Below are positions 46,538 through 59,766 of a stretch of DNA of 64,000 nucleotides, piece after piece (position 1 is the stretch's first letter; each line of letters opens with the position of its first letter). Origin of the DNA: the human T2T-CHM13v2.0 reference genome, Homo sapiens. The stretch lies in the NCBI RefSeq assembly GCF_009914755.1, contig NC_060926.1. The stretch is one strand, 5' to 3'. A model generated the notes under the pieces. It saw nothing but the letters and a program-made list of their open reading frames with translations, made no database searches and had not been told where the DNA came from. The position numbers and the translations under genes were made by a program.

Positions 46538-47784
46538 GCGGTTTAGGCACTGGTCTAGGCCCATGATACAGGTGACTCAAACATAGTTGGTGACAGGACA
46601 GATAGAGAACAATGGACAAATTTGGGAATGTTCAGGTTAAAATGACAGGTTTTGATGGATTGAATTTGGGGACAGGACGAGTGGAAGAGGAAGGTGTCAA
46701 GGAAGACTCTAGGGTCTGGGCTTGTGTGACTAACCAGAGGGATAGTGGGGGCATTTCTGAGAAGGGCAGCCTGGAAAGGGGGTCATTAGTGTAACAGTCA
46801 GCACCACTTACCTTTCATTGCTTTGACCCAGGTGCTCATATCCTTTAATTCATTTGGTCCTCAGAACACACCCATGAGCTAGATTTTACAGATAAGAAAA
46901 TTGAGGATCAGTGAATAAAGTAGCTTATCCTAGGACACAAAATAAGAGGCAAAGCCAGTATTCAACCTCAGCTCTTTCTGATTCAGAACCCATGCCCTAC
47001 TCTCGTTCCCCACCAGAGCGAGGTAGCAGAAGGGCAGCTTTGTAAGACACCGGTATCCACTCCAGATTTGGTAAGCAAGGTTCTAAGCAGAATGAAATGC
47101 CTGGAAGAGAAAACGGGAGATTTGGGGTGTGGTTCTGTGCCTCTTAGCTCTTAGGAAAACCATTTACCTTCTCTGAACTTCCATTTCCCATCTCTGACAT
47201 GAGCAAGTCAGATCTACCATCCTGAAGACACCCCTCGTGTTCTGGAAATGCATGATATTTATGATGTCATCCTGGATGCATCTCATACACAGTCTCCCAT
47301 CCACACTTAATTAAATCTGTAGGGTTCCTTATGGTCTTAAAACCATATAGTCCTTTCTCTGCTAGCTTTTTATCTGGCCAAAGCACATATTTAGATACTT
47401 CCAATGAAGTTCAGAGAGCAACATATTCCTCTTCCCTTATCTAAATCTTCAGTTACCCAAGATGAGCCTAATTCTAGGTTCCTAACTTGGGATTGATGTT
47501 TAAAAAATTTAGTTCTGGAGTTTTCTTTTTCTGTTCATAAAATGTTTTATTTTACTAGAATTTATAAATAATTAATGTCTATTAATAGGCATGTAGGAAT
47601 AACTCATTTTTTGTTGTTATTGAATATCTCTCCGTAGCAGAGACCATTTTAAAATAATTTCTGAGTTTAATTCTAGTTCAGTTTGAGACTGAGGCAGGCC
47701 ATTTCAAGGGTGTAAAACCAGTCTGAGACACTCCTTGGCCTTCCTGAGGCTGGATGGGCTTGTTTGTAAGAGATGTTAGGTTTC

Positions 47785-48140
47785 CATCACTCTGAGTAAA
47801 CTATCACAAGGACAGAAAACCAAACACCGCATGTTCTCACTCATAGGTGGAAATTGAACAATGAGAACACTTGGACACAGGGTGGGGAACATCATACACT
47901 GGGGCCTGTCATGGGGTGAGGGATGGGGGAGGGATAGCACTGGGAGAAATACCTAATGTAAATGCCGAGTTGATGGGTGCAGCGGGCCAGCATGGCACAT
48001 GTATACCTATGTAACGAGACCACACATTGTGCACATGTACCCTAGAACTTAAAGTATAATAAAAAATAAATAAATAAAGGAGCTCATTGAACTTCAAAAA
48101 ATTTTTTAAAAAAGGAGCTCATTGAACTTCAAAAAAAAAA
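47785..48140 (+). mobile_element. L1PA5/6-like 3' end with an extra 3' tag and second A tail
   Basis: TSD aagagatgttaggtttc / aaaagatgttagttttc (47768-47784 and 48141-48157). Confidence 0.85.
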
Positions 48141-48190
48141 AAAAGATGTTAGTTTTCAGTCACAGGATTGTCTCCTGCCTCTGTAGGTTA

Positions 48191-48283
48191 GCACACACAA
48201 GCACACACTCATGCAAACACATGCAGGCACACACATCCATGCACTCATCCACATGCACACACATACACACACACACACACACT
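48191..48283. repeat. Degenerate (CA)n / CACATG repeat
   Basis: CA-rich tract ending in a pure (AC)n run. Confidence 0.8.
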
Positions 48284-49821
48284 TTCTCTAATGGGGAACA
48301 AGATTAGGATTTGGGAGAGGGATAATGAGTTAATCAGACCTAAAAGAACACACAAAAAGTGGTTAATTAGACTCAGGGTTAAATGCCATCAAATACAGAA
48401 ACAGGCGTGGTTTTAAAATGACCATCATACTTCTCAGACAGTTTTTCACATCACAGAAACTGGCTTCCCAGCCACCACAATTCTAGGCTAACTCTGACCC
48501 ACATAAGAATTTCTCAGCTCTGGGGTGCAGAGAGCAAGGGCTCCTGCTTGTTTGTGCATTTCTCCAGATGGCTTCTCACTGCCACGTATCTCATGGAGCT
48601 TATCTACTCCAAACAGATAAAGGTTGCATCGCCCTCATGGTCCAAGTTATCTAGACCTTTGTGGAGAAGCCCACCCTGGTTTCCTAAACCACAAGCTGCT
48701 GCCTCTCAAAATTCATGGCTATCATACTTTTGATAAGTATATCATTCCTCTTTCACATATTTTCAACTTCCCCCCGCCCTCTTTTCTTTTCTTGCCCAGC
48801 AAGCACACATCTGGCCACAGGCCTCACATGTGGTAGGGTTGGGCTGGGAGGTTCCCAGTGATTCCCTCAGCCCTGCCCCTAATGATTTGGTTACCTTTGA
48901 TACCAGCCATAACTCACTCTAATTGCAGGTTTTTCTCAGAGCAGTTTGTCTTCCTCTAGTTCCACCTGCAAAAGATGGATGCCAGGTGGCTGTCAGCTTT
49001 AATAAGGGCTTTGGACCACTGTGTTCTCCTAGGCCGCAGATAATCTCAGGGACAATATCCTAGGTCAGGGATTGTTTTTGTAATTATGCATTGATATTGG
49101 TATTTCTGGACCTGTAGTTATATACTAATCAGGCTTATGGTAGTTAAAAAGTAAAGATAAGTTGAACTTTTAAAACATTTAAGACAGCATTCAGCATCAA
49201 TAGATGTAATACATCTCATATCTCAGCCTGTTTCTAGCTACTGAATGTTCTTTAATGTGGCCAGAACCCCAGAGCCCAGGCAAAGCTTGTGAATTTCATA
49301 GACAAAACAAATAGACTGAATTGTGTTCCAAAGTATATGAGTTTGTAGCCCCCACTCACCTGTTCCTCACTATTTGTGTCTCGGGATTTGAGAGCTATTT
49401 AGTGGCTGAGGCCAGAAATTGAAATTTGCCCTAATGGTGTGTTAGCTTGTTCTTTCATTCATTCCTCAAGCATTTATGATGCACCCACTATGTACCAGGC
49501 ACCAGGGATCCAGAGGTGAATTCCCTTGTTCCTAGGACTGGGTGAGTGACACTGGGCCAGTTTCTTCTACTCCAGTGTCATCACAAATAGAATTTTAACT
49601 AACGATTGTATTTGTTGTGTTTTTCAGGATAGCTGGGTTGCACTTTTATCTTTTAAAATCTACATCATCCAAGGTTGAGCATAGCATAACCTAGGAAACT
49701 ACCAGTCTTTGACTCATAGTAAATGTCACCAGAAACCTACTTGTACTAAACCAAATGCCATGCTAGTGCAAATGGTCAAAGGCAAACATAACCACAGAAC
49801 ACACTATGGCATTCCTGTGAT

Positions 49822-49985
49822 CAGAGTTTCTCAAAGTGGGGCATGTGGGCATCCAGCTCACTTGAGGTGCATGTTAAAAAATGCACATTTCTGGGTCCCC
49901 CAACAGACATTGATCTGGAATCTTCCATTAGAACCCTAGAATCTGCCTCTCACCAAGCTCCCCGACGTGGATTTGAGAATCACTG
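49822..49985. mobile_element. MER5A-like element
   Basis: tttctcaaagtg...gttaaaaatgcacatttctgggtcccc...tttgagaatcactg. Confidence 0.6.
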
Positions 49986-50913
49986 TTCTAAATCCAGCAT
50001 CTAGTATTTAGCCCTTCGAAGCATGCTGTGTTTTCTGCGGGAATGTGGCACGGAAGTATTGGGTAGCTGTGGGACCTGGGGCCAGTTATGTGGTTCACTT
50101 TATTTGCTGCTAGTCAGTCAGGCCACCTAGCCTAGGGGCCAGCCACCTCAATCCATTTCTTTTCCCAGGCCCAACAGCCTTGTTTTACAAGACACATGGT
50201 TATCTGCAGTAGTTGTCCAGGGTGACCTAAACTTGACCACTCGGGGATGGTTGTTCTCAGCAGAAGTTGCCAACTTTTTGTCCCTTTTCAAAGTTCTTTT
50301 CCCACTGGCTTGTCTTTTTTTTTCCTTATTCCTTGAATGCTTGGGATGATGTTTACTTGTACTTTTTTTCACGTGCAAAGGTTAAGGAGTGTTTTAAGAA
50401 GATTGAGGTTTCTGAGGGAAATGTTGGCTAATTTCAAATGGTCTTTGATTTCAAAAGTCAATGAAAACATTCCCTTGATCCTTGGTTTGAAGGACTGGAA
50501 ATTGGGCCATCTCTCTGGTTTGAAACTCAAGTGGAAGGGAGTGAGAAAAAAATAAAACAGGTCTAAATATTATCAAAAATGCTTCTTTATACCTTTAGCT
50601 GAACAGAAGATTTGAGAGCCTGGGCAAAACGCAATGGTGTGGGGGATCTTGTTATTTGTGAATGGAGGAACTGTCCCTGCTCGTATAGGAGGGTGAGCCA
50701 TGCAGCTGGCATTGTGTCCCTTGGAGGGAGGGAGCTGCTGTCTCCGGCAATTATGAAGCCACCACTTAGGACAGAGTCCCAAGAAAGATGTGCTTTCTTC
50801 TCCACCAGAAAGCACATCTGTTCACCGCTCTGATCACTGGGGGCCTGCCCAGCAGCTGTGACAGCCAGCACCTGCTGAACTACCAGTTGCCAAGCTGCCA
50901 ACTTCAAAGATGC

Positions 50914-51284
50914 TGTCTTAGTCAGTTTAGGCCACCTTAACAAAATACTACCATGGACCCGGTGGCTTAAACAACAGAAATTTATTTCTCACGGTTCTGG
51001 AGGCTAGAAGTTCCAGGTACTAATATGATCAGGTTATAGTGGGGTCCCTCTTCCTGGATTATAGATGGCTGCCTTCTCACTGTGACCTCACATTGGCAGA
51101 GAGTGCAAGCTCTGGCCTCTTCATTCCCTGATAAGTTTACCAATGCCATCACGGGGGCTCCACCCTCATGTCCTCATGTAAACCTAATTACCTCCCAAAG
51201 GCCCCACCTCCACATGCCATCACATTGAGGGTTTGGACTTCAACGTATGGATTTTGAGGGAACACAAATATTGAGTCCATGACA
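50914..51284 (-). mobile_element. MLT1A/MSTD-type MaLR solo LTR
   Basis: tgtcttagtc...ggtggcttaaacaacagaaatttatttctcac...agtccatgaca. Confidence 0.85.
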
Positions 51285-52639
51285 GCCTTCGTGACCTCTC
51301 TGAGCCTAGGCGGACCAGGCAGAACAGCAACAGCTAACGCCCTGGGGTCGTAGGCTAAGGAATTAGAAATATTCTCCTGAAAGGAACCACTGGTGCTGGA
51401 GACTTTTGCAGATTCCTAGAACTCATGGAATACTCAATTTATAAGCCCTGGTCTTGTACATTCACTCAGTGCTAGGCCAGAGAAACCCCCAAGTCAAACC
51501 AAGTTCTGAGTGTCCTTAGACAGCAGTGTGCACTCTGAACCAGGCATCAGGCACAGTCAGAATGAGAGCTAGATGGGCCTTTTATCTCACTTCCGCCCTT
51601 CTGATGCTCTCCTGGGGGTTGGGGTGGGGGAGGGGGAGGAGGGGCAGAAGCAAAGAGGAGGATTGGGGGCAAGTACAAGTGGGGGGTTTGAGTGAAAATG
51701 TGAGCCAGTAACCAGTACCACCTGATTAGGCCTAACATAGATCATTTTGAGTATTACTGCATCCAGGATTGATTGTCTTATTACCATAGATTATGTCTGT
51801 TTATCTCCTCTGATTTGGAGTTAGCATATTTAGGAGGCTCCGGATCATTCCTGCAAAGCACTCACTAACACGAGGCAGCATGCACAATAGCAGGAGGAAA
51901 TTCAGGATTAGAACTGGTTAAACTATCTACATTCATATCCATATCTGTATCTATATCTCTCCCAGTGCCTTGTCAGTCTCCTCTGCTCTGGAAGAATTCT
52001 GATATGACATAGAAACTGCTAGATGCTGGCAAATAACTCCTGGGTTTCGGGCCATCTAGACAATAAACAACTCCATAATATTCAATGCAGCAGCCTCTGT
52101 AGCGCCCATCTGTTTCAAAATAACCCTAATTCTGCTTACGATGCGGAATGCTTTGTTGACTGGAATTTGTCCTAGTTTTCTTCAGCACATTTAATGTCAT
52201 AGGCCTCTGGTTCCACCTGCTGGCAGATATAAATACCAGAATGAAACTCGGGTGGATATGTTCAGTTGCAAGAAAAATCCGAGCTGTAGCTCAATGGTTC
52301 TCAAAGGCTGATGTACATCGGAGTCACCCGGGAGCTCATTAAAACTACAGCGGCCTGGGCTCTGTGGGAAGCCCACCCAATCAGCAACTATTTCTTAAAC
52401 AGCCCTCCTGGTGATTCACACACCCACACCAACGTTAGCAGACCCCACTTCACCTGGAATGAGGGGTGCAGAACCCAGCAAGGTTAGGGATGATTCCAGA
52501 CCACTATATCCTACTCATGCCCAAGAGTGACAAAGCCACCTTGAGATGCCCACTCCTACCTCTTCCAGTTTATCCAGGTAACTCTTAGTGGCAAAGGCCA
52601 AAGCTTTATTCCCTTGGAACTCATTTTAAAAAGAAAAAG

Positions 52640-53170
52640 TTCAAAGTGGAGAAAACTGATGAAAGCACTACTTATCTAAGTGGTCAAGGTTAATGTCACC
52701 AGTGATAAGTCATGTTGACAGCACGTTGATATGTGATGAGGGCATTTCACCTCTATGGTATTCTTCACCAAAACCCATAACCCCAGTCTAACCATGAGGA
52801 CAAATAGCAGACAAACCAGACCGAATGAAATTCTTCACGATATCTGTCTGCTACCACTCAAGACTGTCAAGGTCATGGGGGTCAAGAAAGGACTCAGAAA
52901 GAGCCACAGACCAAAAGAGACTAAGGAGACTTGGTAACAAAATGTACTGTGGTCTCCAGGATTGGACCCCGAACAGAAAAAGGAAATTAGTGAAAAAAAC
53001 TGGTGAGATCTAAATGTCTGGAATTTAGTTCAGAGGAATGTATCAATGTTGGTTTCTTAGTTTCGACAAATGTACTGTAAGATGTTAACATTTAGGGAAT
53101 AGACTTGTCTGCAGTATCTTTGCAACTTTTACGTAAATTTAAAATTATTCCAAAATAAAAAGTTTATTAA
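52640..53170 (+). mobile_element. L1MC-like 3' UTR
   Basis: gtggagaaaactga...aaaacccataaccccagtcta...attattccaaaataaaaagttta. Confidence 0.75.
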
Positions 53171-53171
53171 A

Positions 53172-54046
53172 AAAATTTACAAGAAAAAAATAACCCCATC
53201 AAAAAGCAGGTAAAGGATATGAACAGATGCTTCTCAAAAGAAGACATTTATGTGGCCAAGAAGCATATGAAAAAAAGCTCATCATCACTGGTCATTAGAG
53301 AAATGCAAATCAAAACCACAATGAGATACCATCTCATGCCAGTTAGAATAGCGATCACTAAAAAGTCAGGAAACAACAGATGCTGGAGAGGATGTGGAAA
53401 ATGGGAATGCTTGTACACTGTTGGTGGGAGTGTAAATTAGTTCAACCATTGTGGAAGATAGTGTGGCGATTCCTCAAGGATCTAGAACTGGAAATACCAT
53501 TTGACTCAGCAATCCATTACTGGGTATATACCCAAAGGACTATAAATCATTCTGCTATAAAGACACATGCACGTGTGTGCTTATTGTAGCACTATTCATA
53601 ATAGCAGACTTGGGGCCAACCCAAATGCCCATCAGTGATCGACTGGATAAAGAAAATGTGGCACATGTACACCATGGAATACTATGCAGCCATAAAAAAG
53701 AATGAGTTCATGTCCTTTGCAGGGACATGGATGAAGCTGGAAACCATCATTCTCAGCACAGTAACACAGGAACAGAAAACCAAACACCGCATGTTCTCGC
53801 TCATAAGTGGGAGTTGAACAATGAGAACACATGGACACAGAGAGGGGAACATCACAGACCAGGGCCTGTTGGGGGCTGGGGGCAAGGGGAGGCATAGCAT
53901 TAGGACAAATACCCAATGCATCTGGGGCTTATAACGAGATGACAGGTTGATGGGTGCAGCAAACCACCATGGCACACATATACCTATGTAACAAACCTGC
54001 ATGTTCTGCACACGTATCCCAGAACTTAAAGTATAAAAAAAAAAAA
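53172..54046 (+). mobile_element. L1PA8-like 3' fragment inserted in the L1MC A tail
   Basis: ORF2 C-terminal remnants (ORFs 53219, 53635); 3' UTR ends cagaacttaaagtataaaaaa. Confidence 0.88.
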
Positions 54047-57000
54047 TTGGGATGGGAGGACGGCACTGAAGAGAGACAAAATGTGTTGGAGGACATTGCC
54101 AAGGAGCATAGCATGGCTGCTTCTGTGCCCAGCTGCCAAAAGTCATGAGCAGCTAGCTGGTAGGACAGGCAACAGTCTCCAGAGAAGCTGCTCAGGCAGC
54201 TGGCCAATGAGGCAGGTTGCTGGTGTGACACATTTGCACTCTCCCATCTCTCCACCACCTGACGCCTGTGTCTCACTGGGAACAAAACAATCATGGACAC
54301 TCGAACCTCTGTGTGGGAGTCAGAGGTCCAGGCCCCCCTCTGGGTACAGATGAGGGGCCTGAGGCCCAGGGAGGGAAGTGACCTGTGCCAGATCGTGGTG
54401 GACCCCAGATATGAACCCACATCTGGTTGAAGTGAATTCATTTGCCACAGCATTTCTCAGTGACTTGATATATTATCTGCAACAGAGTCATCTGGGTGCT
54501 CGTTAAAATGAAGTTCCTGGGCTCCAACCACCACTTACTGCATCAGAATCTGTGGTGAGGGGGTGGAGGGGATCCAATAATCTGCATTTTGAACAGGTTC
54601 TTCATTTCTGTGCACACTTCAGATTAAGGACCACTGCAGCAAACTGGGCAATGGTTGCTGTTTGATGGAAACTTCTGTGCATAGGGCCAGGGCTGCTAAA
54701 AAGCTGAGAATGGGAGAATCCAGCTGCCACCATTCTCTTAGGATGAAAGTCATAGCAGGTGGCAAGCAGCAGGGCCAGGACCCAGTGTGTTTCAGGAGGA
54801 GGCAATATTTTATTCTATTTTGAGCTCAGTGTATTATCATTTAAACACTCTTGCCCTCACTACTCTTTTCTTTTTAAAATAATGTAATTAAAACTTACCC
54901 AAAGACAGTCTCAAGATCAAGAAGCAAGAGGTTGGGAGTAGGACTCATATCAGGGCCCTGAGGAGGCCACTGTAAGTCTCTTCCCCTGTCCTTCCCTTCC
55001 ACTGTGCCCCACCTGAACATCTGCAGGAAAACCAGGTCATAAAGAGACAATGGCAAGTCTCCTGGACCCCAAGATAAAGGTCAGAACAGACAAAGGACCC
55101 AGATGCCTGGGAAGCCTGAAGCAGGCCGCAGTTTGGACCTAAGGAATCCTTTGAGGCTGCAGGGTCCCTGTAGTGGAGTTGAGCAAAGACTCAGGCCTTG
55201 CGAGGTGGATAGCAGCTGCCCGCACTGTGCCAGGCTGGCCCTCTCTGCGGACTGGTGTGGAATCTGCATCAGAAACATCAGAAGAGGCCGGGGGCTCCAG
55301 CTGCCCCTCCGAGCAGACACATTGGCCCTGGAGCTTCTGAGAGGAAGGTAGGATTTTAATATTCCGAAGGGTTTTCATACTTTTTCTATCATTTTACAGA
55401 CCTCATATACATAGATATAGATATATTAAGAGATAGAACGAGCATAGAGAATTATTCCTGTAAGAAGTTACAAACTGTTCTCTATTTTAGAAAATACTTG
55501 AGAGTTAACTACCAAGGCTGACTTTTGCAGCTAGACCTATCTATTGCCAAACCTTACTCCTTGTCAAAGGAGATCCTAATTCTAGATGCATCCAGTTATC
55601 CAAAATAAAGCCTTACTATTTGCAGTGAGCCTTATTTAAGGCAGAAGATGCATTGTTTCTGCTGTCTTTTAAACAGACCCTGTCTCCAAGTCGTAATTGA
55701 GGCAATAATACATTCTGGAGGTTTACACATGCTGATGTAGGGGCTGAGGAAGACAACTGGAACATCTCATGTCTGAAGGAGAATAGGCGGGGATCTAGGT
55801 TTGAGTTCCTGACTCAGCCACTGACCAGCTATTTGGCTTTGCCAAGTTGCTTAAAATCTTTAAGCCTCAATTCCTCACCTGTAAAATAGACAAAGAAATT
55901 CTACTTGGAGGGATAAGTAGGATAGAAACCACTTATAACAATGTGGATAAATCTCACAAGCATAATGTAAATTGAAGCCACTCACAAGGCATACATATTG
56001 TATGGATCCACTTATGGACAAAAATAGGGGAAAAATCTATAGTTAGAAATCAGGATCATGGGTACTGTTGGGTAACGGGGTATAGTAACTGGAAGGGGGC
56101 TTGTGGTGGCTTATAAGTGCAGGAAATATTGTGGTATTTTCAGAAATATCCTCATATCTTGATCTGGATATTGGTCTCACATGTCCAGTTTGTGAAAATG
56201 AATCAAGTTATACACTTCAAGGTGTAGGGGTAGGGGAGCAGTAAACAGAGTGAGCATGTAGCAATTGTCCCACAAATATTCTTTGTCTCTTTGACTTTTC
56301 TTTCTTTTTTTGGGAGGTGGGGGAATTCTAGAAGTCTGACCATATCTTGTCTATATTGCAGGAAACACTGACCTGACATAGTGGACCTGATGTTATAGCT
56401 TACTCGATTGTTAACTGGATTATGGCCTGTTGATTTTAAGTCATTTTTGTTCATTAAGGGTCTCCAAAATTAACCAACTGGAGGGGAGAGAAAAGTACAA
56501 CAGGTAAAGTGGTAAACTAGGGGCTGAGTTGATCTCTATTTCACAATGCAGGGTGCTGACCACTGTAAATCACAGAGATCTCCATTTCAAGGCTTCTTGT
56601 TTTGAGATTCCAGATATTATTTCAGCATTAGGGAATCTCCACTGTTGCAGTCTTGATTGATTGAAGGATAGAAATGCGAATGTTTTCTCTCTAAAGTCAC
56701 ATCTAAATATTACCTTTCTCGTAAACCAAAACTGAAATTTCCATTTGTATGAAAGTTATACCATTTTAAGTTAATTTCACACTATTTATAAAGAGAGAAT
56801 ATTATAATTAGTGACTCAAAAAGTAAAGTGTGGTTACTGTCTTTAAGCATCTCCCCTTTTCATGTCTTGCTAAATTGTTAGACCTGGGGTCCCTTCAGGC
56901 CTTTTTGGTCTTTGACGGTAAATGACTTAACAACCATCCTTTCAGGGGAGGCATTTTGGGAGCTTTGCAGTTCATGGAATGCTAATAAAGTAACATTCTT

Positions 57001-57786
57001 GAAAGAGAGAACATGGGTCGCATGCTGCTGCCCTCATCTGACAATAGAAATCCCAGAGAACACTGGTGATTTATTTAGAGGTTTCCTGGTTTAGAAAAAA
57101 AGTGATTGCCTCTTTAGCTCCCTAATTTAAGGGAGAGATACTATGCTATCCTGCGACTCCAGTATAACTTCACTGCATGGCATAGTGCGTTCATCAGATC
57201 ATGGGCAGGATCTATGAATAGCAGCAAATCAAACATCTCTATTTACATGGATGGCGAACGGTAGGGAAAATGGCCATCAACTCATGGTGTTCCTTTTAGC
57301 AATTCTTATCTGGACAAAATTGCTTCTCTTCCCTTAGATGTAAAATGCAGAGGCTACTGCATTTTACATAAGGGTAGAGGACTGAACAGTTTTTCATCAA
57401 GAACCACAAATCAATAAATTTTATGATCTTACTACTGGTGCTGTAATTGAGGTAAATCATCTTAACACGGGCAGTATTCCTGAGGTTCTTTGAAGCATGC
57501 TCACTGCTTCTTTGAGTAAAATTGAGGGCTGACCTCCATTGACAAAAACACAGAGGCAAGGCTCATAAATACTCATATTCTCTACCAAGTTCTTTGGAGC
57601 AGGGCCGTTTCACCCAGGCCTGTAAATGTCCAATGTATGATTTAAGCAGAGAAAAGAAGATCTTGGCTGGACACTCCAGCTCTGTCAGTCACCCAGAGGC
57701 TCCTTCATGTGACAAAAGCGTGCTGCTTAATGAAAGTCATTAATTACCTTTTTATATCTATTTCTCAGAAGACAGATATTTAGTAA

Positions 57787-58174
<388 letters not shown>

Positions 58175-58274
58175 CATTTTGTATATCTCTTATACAGAGT
58201 TAATTAATGATAGGAACCAAATAGACATTTAGCACATGATTCTTGATGATGTTAGAGATGAACAATCATACCAT

Positions 58275-58500
58275 CCAATGTTCAGCAGGCATTTACTGTC
58301 ATGTGGCACTCAGCTAATCATTTTATATGCATTATCTCTTCTAATCCTTCAACAACCCAACAAAGGAGCTACTCAGTATTCCCATTTTATAGATAAGGAA
58401 ACTAAGACCAAGAGCAAGAGGGTAGCCTACTTGCTCAAGGTTGTGTAGCTAAAAAGTGGAGGAGTTGGGATTTAATCACAGGTTGTCAAACTTCAGAATC
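58275..58500 (-). mobile_element. MIR
   Basis: cccattttatagataaggaaactaagac...cttgctcaagg. Confidence 0.7.
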
Positions 58501-59766
58501 ATGGAAAGGACCCTGGAAGTCCCCTTTTTCAGTAGCCTCCTCTCACGTATGAGTCAACTGGACACTGCTGAAATGAAGCATCTTGTGAAGGGTGTCTCCA
58601 CGAGTCCCAGGCAGAGCTGGGAAACTATCTCCTAATTCCCTACTAATACTTTTTCCTTTACACTCATGGGGACACCTCCTACCACCCCAAGGAAGCTTGT
58701 CCAGATTCTTTCCTGTGTGCTGAACAAATGTGAGTACATATCAGAAACACAAAGATAAGACCCTTCGAGAAAGCCTGCAAAGGATGCTGGAGGTTAAGGA
58801 GAGAGGTAGTAGATCATATGACACAAGTGGAAACTATAGAAACAATTTGACACATGAATGCAAAGGTGGGGAAGTAGAAGACAGAGTGTACCTGAGACTG
58901 AGTGGACAGCCAGGAAGCCTTGTGCCGAGTGTGGCTCCAACGCAGAGCACACACACAGTAGTCGGTGTAGGTTAGGGGCTGACATCAACTTTGTGATTCT
59001 CTTCGAAATAAGTTTTTATGCTTAAAAACATTCTCCTCAGATCAACTCATATTCAAAACAGTGTAGTTTTCAGAGTTGGAAACAAAGCAATTCGGCCATT
59101 CTTCAGAGAGTAAGATGGCTTTTGTATCAATAACACTGAGTTGGAAGGATTTAAAATACCCTTAAGAGCTGGCATGATTACAAATCGGGCATTATTGTGG
59201 TTTGGGTTGTATTGTTATACCCAAGGTCTTCTTGGTTCTAGAAAGCCGAACCATGCTAGTAGCCAGTGGAATTTAAGGAGACCCACGTGGGAACTTTAGA
59301 GTTACGTCTTTGATATCAGCAGAGTCCCACAGAATTGAGAACTTAGACTGGAACTTCTTATTTTTCTGTTTTCAGATAGCAGTGAGCTTCCCACATGTCC
59401 ATATCCATGAAGAAAAGGGACACTGGGTTTGGGCAGGAAGGGCGGGAATGGTGAGAGGTGCAACCCTGAACACTTGCGGTGTGAGAACCGATGGCCACGT
59501 GGGGAAGTGGGAAAAGACTCAGAAGGTTCGCTGTTCTTCATGCTAGCTCAGTGACCTCAGATGTGTCCCTAACACCTTCTGAGCCTCTGTTTCCTCTTCT
59601 GCAAAACTGAGATGATTCTATTGGGAGTGAAAGCTAAGTGGAGAAGTGTACCTTGAAAGGGCTTTATAAAGAAGAGTGTGATGATTATTCTTCTCATGAC
59701 ATGAGTTTTCTACTTCAGCATGTGGCATTTCTTTGGTTGGCTCAGCCCTGGTTCTCCTCGAATGCC

